57,979 bases of DNA, taken from positions 1 to 57,979 of IMG/VR virus record IMGVR_UViG_3300029988_000010; one strand, 5' to 3'. The stretch is from a virus. Lineage: Duplodnaviria; Caudoviricetes. A program made the translations under genes and the position numbers. Below the pieces are notes generated by a model, which made no database searches, had not been told where the DNA came from, and worked only from the letters and a program-made list of their open reading frames with translations. Positions within the stretch are counted from its first letter, which is position 1. Each line of letters opens with the position of its first letter. Below, piece after piece: positions 34,515-42,781 of this stretch.

Positions 34515-35840
34515 TCAGTCGTCGGGTGCGGTGTCGGGATCGAGCGGGCCAGCGCCGGGATCACCCAGACCGCCCGGCGCGGGTTGGCCGGTGATATCGC
34601 TGCCCGGGCCCGTCTCGGCGCCGGCGGGCTCGAACCCGAGCGGCGCCATGTTGGTCGGCTGGTAGAGCTTGTCGCCGTCCGGATCGTCCGGCAGGCCCTC
34701 GGCGCGGCGCGCCTCGTTCGGCTTGAGGAACATGCCGGTGATGCCGGCGCGGTAGGCCTGGTAGCGGGTCATCAGCGACGCGCGGATCAGGCCGGCGACG
34801 TCGAACTCGACGAACACGCCGTCCGCCGCCAGGTCGAAGGTCTGCGACAGCTTGGCTTCCCAGCGGCCGAGGTCACTGGAAACGACGTCGTTGGCGTATT
34901 CCTGGTTCATCTCGGGGATCGACGAACCCGCGCCGCGCTCGACGATGCCCAGCTTGTGCATCGGCATGCGGTAGAGGCGGGCGATTTCCTGGACCTGGAA
35001 GCCGCGGGCGGCGATCAGCTCGGCCTCGGCGGCCGTCATGCCGATCGGGACCCACTTCAGGCCCTGTTCCAGCACCGCCGTGTCGCCGGCGTTGCGCAGA
35101 CCCTGCTTGCGGGTCTTCCAGTCCTGGGACAGGCGCTCAGCGGCGTCCTTGGTCAGCTTCTGGTCGGTCGTCAGCACCCCGCCGAGGTTTGTGCTGTTGG
35201 CGGAGAGGCGACCCGACAGCTCCTGTTGCGACAGCGCCAGGCCGATCGCTTCGCGGGCGAGACCGATGCGCGAGGCGCCGTAGAGCGAGGTGTCGAGCGC
35301 CATCCAGCGCAGGTGAAAGATGTCCTCCGACGGGATCATCATCGGCATGGACGCCAGCACGGCGGTCTCATGCAGCCCGCGCCGCGCGACCTGGTAGAAG
35401 ACCTGGCCGCCGGGCGCTTCGTAGATCCACACCCGGTCGGGATTGATCGGCACCAGCGCCGTCGGCCGGCCGCGACCGTCGCGCAGGATCACCGCATAAG
35501 CATTCCCGCGCAGCAGGATGGAGACCTGCATCTGCTCGACGAATTCGAAGCGGCTCTGGTAGTCGTTCGGCTGCTGGAGCAGGCGCTCAATCGGATGGTC
35601 GGCGACAATCCGGCGGCCGCCGTTCGGCAACGACGCGTAGACGTGGACCGGAAGCTTGGCGACGTCCTCCGCGCGGATGGAAACGCAGGCCTGGACCGTC
35701 GAGACCTGCAGCGAGCTCAGCTGGGTGACCGACATGCCGCCCGAGCTGGACGACCGGGGACCATATTCCGCCCACCAGTCGTCGATCGACATGGCGCTCT
35801 TGCCGCGGATCGCGCTGATGACGCTCGACCAGTAACCCAT
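34515..35840 (-). CDS. Portal protein, HK97 family
   Basis: LLRGNAY, IFHLR, VLEQG, EIARLY, PNEARR. Confidence 0.95.
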   Translation of the reverse strand: MGYWSSVISAIRGKSAMSIDDWWAEYGPRSSSSGGMSVTQLSSLQVSTVQACVSIRAEDVAKLPVHVYASLPNGGRRIVADHPIERLLQQPNDYQSRFEFVEQMQVSILLRGNAYAVILRDGRGRPTALVPINPDRVWIYEAPGGQVFYQVARRGLHETAVLASMPMMIPSEDIFHLRWMALDTSLYGASRIGLAREAIGLALSQQELSGRLSANSTNLGGVLTTDQKLTKDAAERLSQDWKTRKQGLRNAGDTAVLEQGLKWVPIGMTAAEAELIAARGFQVQEIARLYRMPMHKLGIVERGAGSSIPEMNQEYANDVVSSDLGRWEAKLSQTFDLAADGVFVEFDVAGLIRASLMTRYQAYRAGITGMFLKPNEARRAEGLPDDPDGDKLYQPTNMAPLGFEPAGAETGPGSDITGQPAPGGLGDPGAGPLDPDTAPDD

Positions 35841-35853
35841 CGCGCGCGACCTC

Positions 35854-37683
35854 TTAGACAAAAAGAAGGCCGTGCTCCTCGTAGGCGGAACGGACCGCTT
35901 CGGGGTTGGTGGCCATGATGGTCACGGCGTTGAACAGGGCCATCGCGGGGTCGATCTTGGCGTCGCCGGCGTTCTGCTTGGTCGCGCGGATCGCCGTGGC
36001 GGTCGGCTCGATTTTCAAATTGCCGATGCACCAGTCCATCAGCGCCTGGTCGGCGTGGCGGAGCGTGCCGTTGGTCAGCTTCCGCTCGGCGGTTTTCAGC
36101 GCGTTCATCATGGCGTAGCCCTGGGCGGCGCCAATGACGTAGTCGCGACCGGTTTCCTTGTTTTCCTCGACGATGCCGACCTCGGCCAGGGCGTCGATCA
36201 GCTCGCCGAGCCCGGCGGGGTCAACCGCGACGCAACAGAGGATGCCGGCGTCGCGGATCTGGACAATCAGGTCGATAATCTCGGCCAGGTCGATGTTTTC
36301 GATGACACCGTCGAGTTCGTCGAGATCGGTGGACAGTTCGCCGCCAACTTCAGGCGCGCCCTGGAAGGTCAGCTCGCCGGCCCGTTCAAAATCCTCAAGA
36401 AGGCTGGCGATGGTCTGGCGCCGCGACAGCACGATCCGGTGCGCCCAGGCGTGCGACCAGGATAGCCAGCGCTTGACGCGTTTCTTTGTCCCAAGGCCTA
36501 TCGCTTCGCCGCTTGAAACGTCCGGCGCCGCGCCAGCGGGGGCATCGGCAGCGATCTCGACCTCGATCGACTCGCGGCCGAGGACGGTCATGCCGTAGAG
36601 GTCGTCGCGGCCGCCGCCGTCCAGGCCGACCACGACCACTTCGCAGCGATCGAGGATGTCGGCCAGGGTGAGCCGCACCTTGGTGCGCTTCCAGAAATCG
36701 GCGCCGACCCAGTTGTCCGACCGGGCGCCCATGCCCGGCTCCACGTTCAGATGCTTGGCGAAGAAGCCCACCAGGGACTTGGAGCCTTCGCGCTGGGCCT
36801 TGGCGTATTCGTCGAGCAGGAATTCCTTGTCGACCGACAGGCCGAGGTTGGGGTTGGTGACGTAGAAGTTCTCGGGCTTCTTGTAGGCGCCCGATTTGAT
36901 CATGTCCTCCGGGAATTCGTAGAGGACGCCGAGGGAGCGTGGGGCGATCAGCTTGCCGTCGCGGATGTCGCGGAACCGGCGTAGCCAGTCGAGGAAGACG
37001 CCCGCCGGCGGGTCGTCGCTCTGGGTTGAGAGGGCGATCACGAAGCCTTCGGGGCGGCTGGCCAAGCCGCCGGTCGCTTCGCGGAGCATGTTGCGGGCGT
37101 TCGCGCGCCTTCCGAACAGCCACAACTCATCGATCAGGACGAATGAGGCCTTCTTGCCTGAGACGGTCTCGGAATCGGCGGCGACAACCTGGAGGGTCGC
37201 CTCGGTGATGCGGTGGGTGATCGTCCGGGTGTGGTCCTGGACCCGTAGAAGGTTCCGCAACTCCGGGTCCTCGGCGATCATATCCTTTGCCGGGCCGAAG
37301 CTGTTGTTCGCGACCTCTTTCGTCGGCGCCAGGATCAGCAGCTCGGCCGAGTGGCGCCAGTTGCGGATCAGGGCCGTCAGCATGATGCCGGCGGCGATGG
37401 TCGATTTGGAATTCTTCTTGCTGATCAGCAGGAAGAACTCGCGGATCAGGCGCCGCGCCGCCGTGGCGTCGTAGGCGCCGAAAATGGCGGCGACGAACTC
37501 GAAGACGAAGTCCTCGCAGGCGTCGCCGAAGGAGGGCTTGCCCGGCGCATCGACGATCTTCAGCGACTTGAAGACGTTGAGCGCGGCGGCGGCCTCGTCC
37601 GGAAAGATCGGCGGCGGGATCAGCGACTGCCGGGCGACGATCCGCTCGCGCCAGTCGAGGCAGGCGGTCGAGTGGGTTTGCAT
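35854..37683 (-). CDS. terL: Terminase large subunit
   Basis: ISKKNSKST Walker A, LIDE Walker B, GLDGG and KIDP nuclease motifs. Confidence 0.95.
   Translation of the reverse strand: MQTHSTACLDWRERIVARQSLIPPPIFPDEAAAALNVFKSLKIVDAPGKPSFGDACEDFVFEFVAAIFGAYDATAARRLIREFFLLISKKNSKSTIAAGIMLTALIRNWRHSAELLILAPTKEVANNSFGPAKDMIAEDPELRNLLRVQDHTRTITHRITEATLQVVAADSETVSGKKASFVLIDELWLFGRRANARNMLREATGGLASRPEGFVIALSTQSDDPPAGVFLDWLRRFRDIRDGKLIAPRSLGVLYEFPEDMIKSGAYKKPENFYVTNPNLGLSVDKEFLLDEYAKAQREGSKSLVGFFAKHLNVEPGMGARSDNWVGADFWKRTKVRLTLADILDRCEVVVVGLDGGGRDDLYGMTVLGRESIEVEIAADAPAGAAPDVSSGEAIGLGTKKRVKRWLSWSHAWAHRIVLSRRQTIASLLEDFERAGELTFQGAPEVGGELSTDLDELDGVIENIDLAEIIDLIVQIRDAGILCCVAVDPAGLGELIDALAEVGIVEENKETGRDYVIGAAQGYAMMNALKTAERKLTNGTLRHADQALMDWCIGNLKIEPTATAIRATKQNAGDAKIDPAMALFNAVTIMATNPEAVRSAYEEHGLLFV
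36485..36516 (-). repeat. Partial CAAG element in frame inside terL
   Basis: T-CAAGCG-GCGAAGC-GAT-AGGCCTTGGG-ACAAA on the minus strand. Confidence 0.85.
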
Positions 37684-37687
37684 CAGC

Positions 37688-37713
37688 GGCCTCAAGCAGC
37701 GAAGCGACGGGCC
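37688..37713 (+). repeat. CAAG element between terS and terL
   Basis: GGCCT-CAAGCA-GCGAAGC-GAC-GGGCC. Confidence 0.9.
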
Positions 37714-37718
37714 GGAGG

Positions 37719-38195
37719 TTAGTTGAACAGCTTGGGCGCTTCAGGCGGCGCGAACTTGCCGCCGGCGGCGACCACGTTCTCGGCCTCTTCCTGGCGCGCT
37801 TCCTTCTTGCCCATCCTGATCGCCGCCGGCGCGCGCGGTGCGTTTTGCTCTCGCGCCTTCAGGGCCGCCGAGGCGCCCTGTTTGTCGATCTCCGCCTTGT
37901 AGGCCTTGATCGCTGAGACGTTCCCCTTGCGCGCCGCGTGGGCCAGCAACTCGATCGCCTCGGCCTTGCGCAGGGTCGGCCCCTCGGTCAGCTCCGATCC
38001 AAAATATTTCACCAGCGTGGGGACACTGATCCGAAGGACGACCGCAATCTCCTCCTGGCTCATATTCCCCGCGCGTAAATCCCTAACCCTTTCATAGACT
38101 TCCTCGGCGAACACCAGCTTACGTCGGCCCCGCTTGCTCGGAAGGTCCCGCAGCGGCAGCCCGAACAAGTCTTTCGGCTCGGAAATTTCGGTCAT
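37719..38195 (-). CDS. terS: Terminase small subunit (HTH)
   Basis: MSQEEIAVVLRISVPTLVKYF HTH; directly upstream of terL. Confidence 0.8.
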   Translation of the reverse strand: MTEISEPKDLFGLPLRDLPSKRGRRKLVFAEEVYERVRDLRAGNMSQEEIAVVLRISVPTLVKYFGSELTEGPTLRKAEAIELLAHAARKGNVSAIKAYKAEIDKQGASAALKAREQNAPRAPAAIRMGKKEARQEEAENVVAAGGKFAPPEAPKLFN

Positions 38196-38198
38196 GTC

Positions 38199-38275
38199 GA
38201 AAAAATCTGCGCGTGCGATCCATCGCGGTTGGCGGCGCGGGATGAGGTTGGAGCTATACCCCCTAGGGGGATAGC
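38199..38275. other. Candidate cos/packaging region
   Basis: Palindrome GCTAT-A-CCCCCTAGGGGG-ATAGC at 38253-38275 in the HNH-terS gap. Confidence 0.55.
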
Positions 38276-38301
38276 GATGGGCCATCCTTAGAGGAGGGCC
38301 A

Positions 38302-38628
38302 TCAGCGCCTTGCGGCGCGGGCGACGGCGGTCTTGGCGGTGTGGTGGGAGCCGCAGAGGCACTGGCCATTCATGGGGTCGAAGGGCGCGCCGCCATCGCG
38401 GCGTTCGATGATGTGGTCGGCGAACATGCGGGCGCCGGGTTCGCGCTTCCAGCAGCGTTTGCCGTTGTCGATCGCTTCACAGCGGCGACCGCCGCGGGCG
38501 ATCACCGCCTCGCGCCACTCGGCATATTCAGCCGTCGAGAAGATGTCGTCGGCGACCTTGGGTGGCGTGGCGACGCGGCGGCTATTGAACGTGCCGAGGC
38601 TGGACCGGAAGGTCGAGAGTTTCGCCAT
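38302..38628 (-). CDS. HNH endonuclease (terminase-associated)
   Basis: ADHII...GG...NGQCLCGSHHTAKT. Confidence 0.9.
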   Translation of the reverse strand: MAKLSTFRSSLGTFNSRRVATPPKVADDIFSTAEYAEWREAVIARGGRRCEAIDNGKRCWKREPGARMFADHIIERRDGGAPFDPMNGQCLCGSHHTAKTAVARAARR

Positions 38629-38813
38629 CGGTGAACCACAGCTTCGCACTTGAGACCCGGCGTCTTGCCCGGTATCTCGGGGATCGGCCTGCCCGCTGGG
38701 CACGTATTCCGAGAGCGCATTCGCTCGCAGCCGGTCGTCCCGCCGCATCAGCGGCATTGACCGCAGAGAAGCGGACGATTCGCCCAACGCCGCAAGACGC
38801 CATGTAAGATCGT
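38629..38813 (-). promoter_or_regulatory. Late promoter/structured leader region
   Basis: Non-coding gap between the NusG paralog and HNH, with inverted repeats. Confidence 0.55.
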
Positions 38814-39383
38814 TCAGCTCGCCGCCTTCAACTGGCTGACCGGCAGCACGACGCCGCGCCCGTGCGGGCCTTCCATGATCACATGCACCCGCTCGCCCTT
38901 GGGCGTGGCGACAACCTTGGCGAAGAAGCCGATCCAGGTCCCGGATGTCACCTTCGCGCGGTCACCCTTCTTCGGTCGGTAGATGGGTTTGGCGCAGCGC
39001 GTCTCGTCGAACGCGCCCTCAAGATCGCCGAGTTGGAGATCCAGGATCATCCGGAACGGCATCGGCAGTGGCCGCGTGACGCCATCGTCGCAAGCATAGC
39101 CGAGGAAGCCGTGCACCTCGTCCACGTCAAGCACCTGGCGCTGGTCGCCCAGGTCGATCAGCACGAACAGATAACCGCAGATCAGCGGCCTCACCACCTT
39201 GCACCGGCCGAGCGTTCCGCGACGATTGCCCCACCGCACGTCGATTGGCATGAACACCGAAACCCCAGCCTGCTGGAGCTTGTTCGCGGCGATGAACTGC
39301 CGCTGCGGATTGCAGCGAACCGCGAACCAGCCGCTCGCCGCCGCCTGTCGCCGCCTGATCGCCGTCACTGCCGCCCCCGTCAT
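38814..39383 (-). CDS. NusG/RfaH-family antiterminator in the lambda Q position
   Basis: WFAV, PLICGYLFV (NGN) and GDRAKVTSGTWIGF (KOW). Confidence 0.9.
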   Translation of the reverse strand: MTGAAVTAIRRRQAAASGWFAVRCNPQRQFIAANKLQQAGVSVFMPIDVRWGNRRGTLGRCKVVRPLICGYLFVLIDLGDQRQVLDVDEVHGFLGYACDDGVTRPLPMPFRMILDLQLGDLEGAFDETRCAKPIYRPKKGDRAKVTSGTWIGFFAKVVATPKGERVHVIMEGPHGRGVVLPVSQLKAAS

Positions 39384-40435
39384 CGTCCGTCCCCCAGGTT
39401 TGCTGGCGATAGTGTTGATTCAGGATCGCGCACGGTGATCGCCAGCTTCGGCCACACCGGATTGTTGTTCAGCGTACGCAACTTCGCCGCCGCGAAGGTC
39501 GACCACGCCGTGATCGTCCGACTGGCCTGGTCCCAGGCCGATCGGTCGAGGTAGGACCGGGCGAACTCCTCGCCCTGCATGGTCACGACGGTTTTGCGGA
39601 TGGTTTCGTCGGCAAAGGTCGCCAGCTCAGGCAGCCCCCAACGTTCAGCGCGCGTCGCGCCGAGCCAGTTTTCCCACCGATCTTCGGCCAGCCAGCGTTC
39701 CATCGGCCGGCAGTGTCGGCGCTTCACCTCGCCGCTTTCGGTCAGGTAGCGCCGACAAGCCTTGGCCAGCGCCGGTTCGCCGCCTTCACACCGCAAAGCC
39801 GCCTTCTGCCAGGCCGGCCACGCCAACGGTTTCGCCACCCGATCCGGATCGGTCTTGCCCCACAGATCGGCGATCTCATTGAAAGCCGCGCGTTCGCCCC
39901 CGGGCGCATCTGCACGCACGCCCGGTGAGGGTTCTATGAGGGTTATTGGGGGTTCATCTATATAACCACCCGCCAAATTGGCGGGTGGTGAGGCTGTTTT
40001 TGGCGGGTGGTGAGCGCCATTTTTGGCGGGTGGAGAGTCGGTTTCACCACCCGCCATATTGGCGGGTGGACAGGCCGTTTCGCCATCATCCTCCGCCATC
40101 TCCACCACGGCCGCGCCGCCCTGCCGCGAAGCCTTCAACGCGGCCCGATCCTCCTCATGCCGATGCAGCCGATATCGCCGATCCTTCATGCGACCACGCC
40201 CGTCCCGCTCGGCGGTGCGGGTGATCCAGCCCTCGGCGACCAACCACGACAGATGCCGCTCCAACGTCCGCATCGGCAGCGAAGTGAATTCGCAGAGCCG
40301 CTCGTTCGACGGAAAACAGGTCCAGTCCTCGCCTGCGTGATCGGTCGCGTGGTCCGCCAGGGCGACCAGCACGAACTTGGCCCCGCTGGAGTCCAGCGGC
40401 TGCCCGAACGCCCAAGTCAGCGCCGCGTTGCTCAT
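39380..40435 (-). CDS. Replication initiator with N-terminal wHTH (lambda O-like)
   Basis: AKFVLVALAD...CFPS...TLERHLSWL; internal iterons. Confidence 0.85.
   Translation of the reverse strand: MSNAALTWAFGQPLDSSGAKFVLVALADHATDHAGEDWTCFPSNERLCEFTSLPMRTLERHLSWLVAEGWITRTAERDGRGRMKDRRYRLHRHEEDRAALKASRQGGAAVVEMAEDDGETACPPANMAGGETDSPPAKNGAHHPPKTASPPANLAGGYIDEPPITLIEPSPGVRADAPGGERAAFNEIADLWGKTDPDRVAKPLAWPAWQKAALRCEGGEPALAKACRRYLTESGEVKRRHCRPMERWLAEDRWENWLGATRAERWGLPELATFADETIRKTVVTMQGEEFARSYLDRSAWDQASRTITAWSTFAAAKLRTLNNNPVWPKLAITVRDPESTLSPANLGDGR
39965..40070. repeat. Iterons, probable replication origin
   Basis: TTGGCGGGTGG at 39978, 40000, 40023 and 40059; inverted copies at 39966 and 40047. Confidence 0.85.
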
Positions 40436-42117
40436 GCCGCCTCACCCTTGGTCCCAGGACCTTGGGCGAGGTAGCGCTCCACCAGCCGTTCGATCGCGCT
40501 CATATCCGAGGTCCGCGCCGGCGTCGCCAGCGCGCCGTCAACGACGCCGTGGGCCTGGCTGGCCTTCAGGCCGAGCACCTCGACCATTTCCGGATCGGAG
40601 CCGTCGTCGGCGATCAGATAGACCAGGGTCACCGGTTCGGGCCAGCATCCTTGCCCCTCGCGATTGATGCGCCCGACGTTCTGTTTGTGCACCGCCGGCG
40701 ACCAGTCCAGCTCGCCGATCACCGCGACCTTGCAGACCTGCTGCAGGCCGTCCAACCCCTCGCCCGACCGCAGCGAGATGATCATCACCCGCGCCCGGCC
40801 CGACACGAATTCGGCCTTGGCGGCGTGCTTCTGCAGCGGCGTTTCCGACCCCGTGTAGAGCGCGGGGTTCAGGTCGGCTAACGACGCCATCCAGATGTCG
40901 TAGACGTCGCGATGCCAGCCAAACAACACCACCTGTTCGCCCGCCTCGGCGAACACCCGCACATAGGCCGCGACCGACCTGGCCTTCGCCACGCCCGTCT
41001 CGTGCCGCAGCAACATGTCCAGCTTGCGCACCGCCTCGCCGCGCTCATGGAAGGTCCCGCTCTTGGCGGTCACCGCCAGCTGGTGGGCGAGCGCCTGGAC
41101 GCTCTCCAGCTGGCGCACATCGTGGTCGATCACCTGGACGATGGTGTTCGGTTCGGGCGCCGAGCCGCGCTTGCGCACCATGGCGTGCTGCTCGACCATG
41201 TAGGAATTCAGCGCCGGCGGGTCGCGGATGACGAAGCCGCCTCCGCACCACTCCCGGACGAAATCATCCCATTCGCCCAGCACCTCCGGCCGGATGAACC
41301 TCATCAGCCGCCACAGCTCGTCGCCATAGTTGAAGATCGGCGTCCCGCTCAGCGCCAGCTTCATGCGGCAGCAATCGATCAGCGCCCGCGCCGCCGAGCC
41401 TTTGGCGGTCGCCTCGCCGTTGCGCAGTGCATGCGCCTCGTCGAACACCGCCAGACCGGTCCCAAGCACGCCCAGGTAATCGATCCAGCCCGCGAGGTTG
41501 GAATAGCTGAAGATCCGCACGTCCACCGGCGGCAGCGGGTGCGGCTTGGTCGTCGCCACCACATGGGTCGATAGGGTGGTGAACTCAGCCAGCTTCTGCG
41601 CCCATTGCAGGCGAAGATGGGTTGGACAGACCACGGTCGCCGGCAGCGCCCCTGGCAGCATCATGCAGGCCCCGCCGGTGTAGGTCTTACCCTCACCGAC
41701 GTCGTCGGCCACCAGCAGGCCGCCGAACATGGCCAGCAGCTCGGCGGAGCGCGCCTGATGCATCCGCACCTGCTGTCCAGGCTTCAACAGCTCAAACAGC
41801 GGCGGCGTGTAATCCGCCGCCATGATGCGGCCGACCTCGGCCTGGGTGTGTTCGAACTGGCGCTTACCGTCCGCCAACGCCAGGGCGGCGTCGTCGCTCA
41901 TCCGCAGCGGATAGCGGCTGATGAACCACGCCAGGTCCGCCGCGGCCTGGGCGTCGCGACCCAGGCGGAACGGCCCGCGCGACGCCTTCGGCAGTTGCGG
42001 AAACACCGCCTTGATCCTGATGGCGACGTGCGGCTCCAACTCGCCGACCATCCATGCGCCGCGATCCAGAGCGAGCGATCCATAGGTGCGGGGCCCCCCG
42101 CCTGGAAGACTCGTCAT
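40432..42117 (-). CDS. SNF2-like helicase
   Basis: ADDVGEGKT, DEAH, LSGTP, GEGLDGLQ, QNVGRINR. Confidence 0.9.
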   Translation of the reverse strand: MTSLPGGGPRTYGSLALDRGAWMVGELEPHVAIRIKAVFPQLPKASRGPFRLGRDAQAAADLAWFISRYPLRMSDDAALALADGKRQFEHTQAEVGRIMAADYTPPLFELLKPGQQVRMHQARSAELLAMFGGLLVADDVGEGKTYTGGACMMLPGALPATVVCPTHLRLQWAQKLAEFTTLSTHVVATTKPHPLPPVDVRIFSYSNLAGWIDYLGVLGTGLAVFDEAHALRNGEATAKGSAARALIDCCRMKLALSGTPIFNYGDELWRLMRFIRPEVLGEWDDFVREWCGGGFVIRDPPALNSYMVEQHAMVRKRGSAPEPNTIVQVIDHDVRQLESVQALAHQLAVTAKSGTFHERGEAVRKLDMLLRHETGVAKARSVAAYVRVFAEAGEQVVLFGWHRDVYDIWMASLADLNPALYTGSETPLQKHAAKAEFVSGRARVMIISLRSGEGLDGLQQVCKVAVIGELDWSPAVHKQNVGRINREGQGCWPEPVTLVYLIADDGSDPEMVEVLGLKASQAHGVVDGALATPARTSDMSAIERLVERYLAQGPGTKGEAA

Positions 42118-42494
42118 AGCCACGACCTCCCCAGTTCGACCACGAACAGCCGCTTGCCGGCGATCTCGCGCGGCATGTCCATCGCGCGCCCCGTGGCCAG
42201 GATGATCGAGCCGACCACACCATGTTCGGCATAGCGGCAGAGCTGACGCAGCGTCGCACTGGCCGTCGCCCCGTTGTGCTTGACCTCGACCACGACGCCG
42301 CCTTCGATCAGGAAGTCGGGCCGGTCCCGAGCACTCAACCGCGCCTCGCGGGTCACCTGCGCCGGCAGGAACACCGCCAGCAGAGCCCGCTCGATGTCCT
42401 CTTGCGCTTCAGCCTCGGTGGACAGCCGGAACCGTCCGCTGTTCAGCGCCGCCAGCGCGCGCAGCGCTACGTCGGGGTTTTCGAGCGCGGTCAC
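42114..42494 (-). CDS. PD-(D/E)xK nuclease-like protein
   Basis: RPDFL...VEVK...QLCRY. Confidence 0.7.
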   Translation of the reverse strand: MTALENPDVALRALAALNSGRFRLSTEAEAQEDIERALLAVFLPAQVTREARLSARDRPDFLIEGGVVVEVKHNGATASATLRQLCRYAEHGVVGSIILATGRAMDMPREIAGKRLFVVELGRSWL

Positions 42495-42781
42495 AGCGGA
42501 CGCCTCGTCAGCCAGTGGTCGACGATCACCTGTCTGGCGATCCGCCGCGCCGCATAGCGCCGCTGGCGCCAGGCGTTCAGCGCATGGGGCCCGCGCAACC
42601 ACGCCAGCACGCCGCCGAGGGCGCGGCGACGGTCGCGCGCCGCCTCGGCCCGTTCCATGCGGTCCAGTTCGATGTCCAGCAACCGCGCACGGCGTGCGCG
42701 CTGCGCTGCGGCGGTATGATGCGGATAGCGACGCTCGAAGTCGGCGAGGCGGAGACCCAAGGCTTGGCGCGGACAGATCAT
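42491..42781 (-). CDS. Hypothetical protein
   Basis: Coupled at both ends; contains a 17-mer palindrome. Confidence 0.5.
   Translation of the reverse strand: MICPRQALGLRLADFERRYPHHTAAAQRARRARLLDIELDRMERAEAARDRRRALGGVLAWLRGPHALNAWRQRRYAARRIARQVIVDHWLTRRPL

Noticed and set aside
9736-37695. Element TTG as a conserved in-frame start codon
   Set aside because: In frame at 9736, 20939, 30372 and 37695 but not at the 14.1, 22.1 or 29.2 kb copies, which is compatible with chance.
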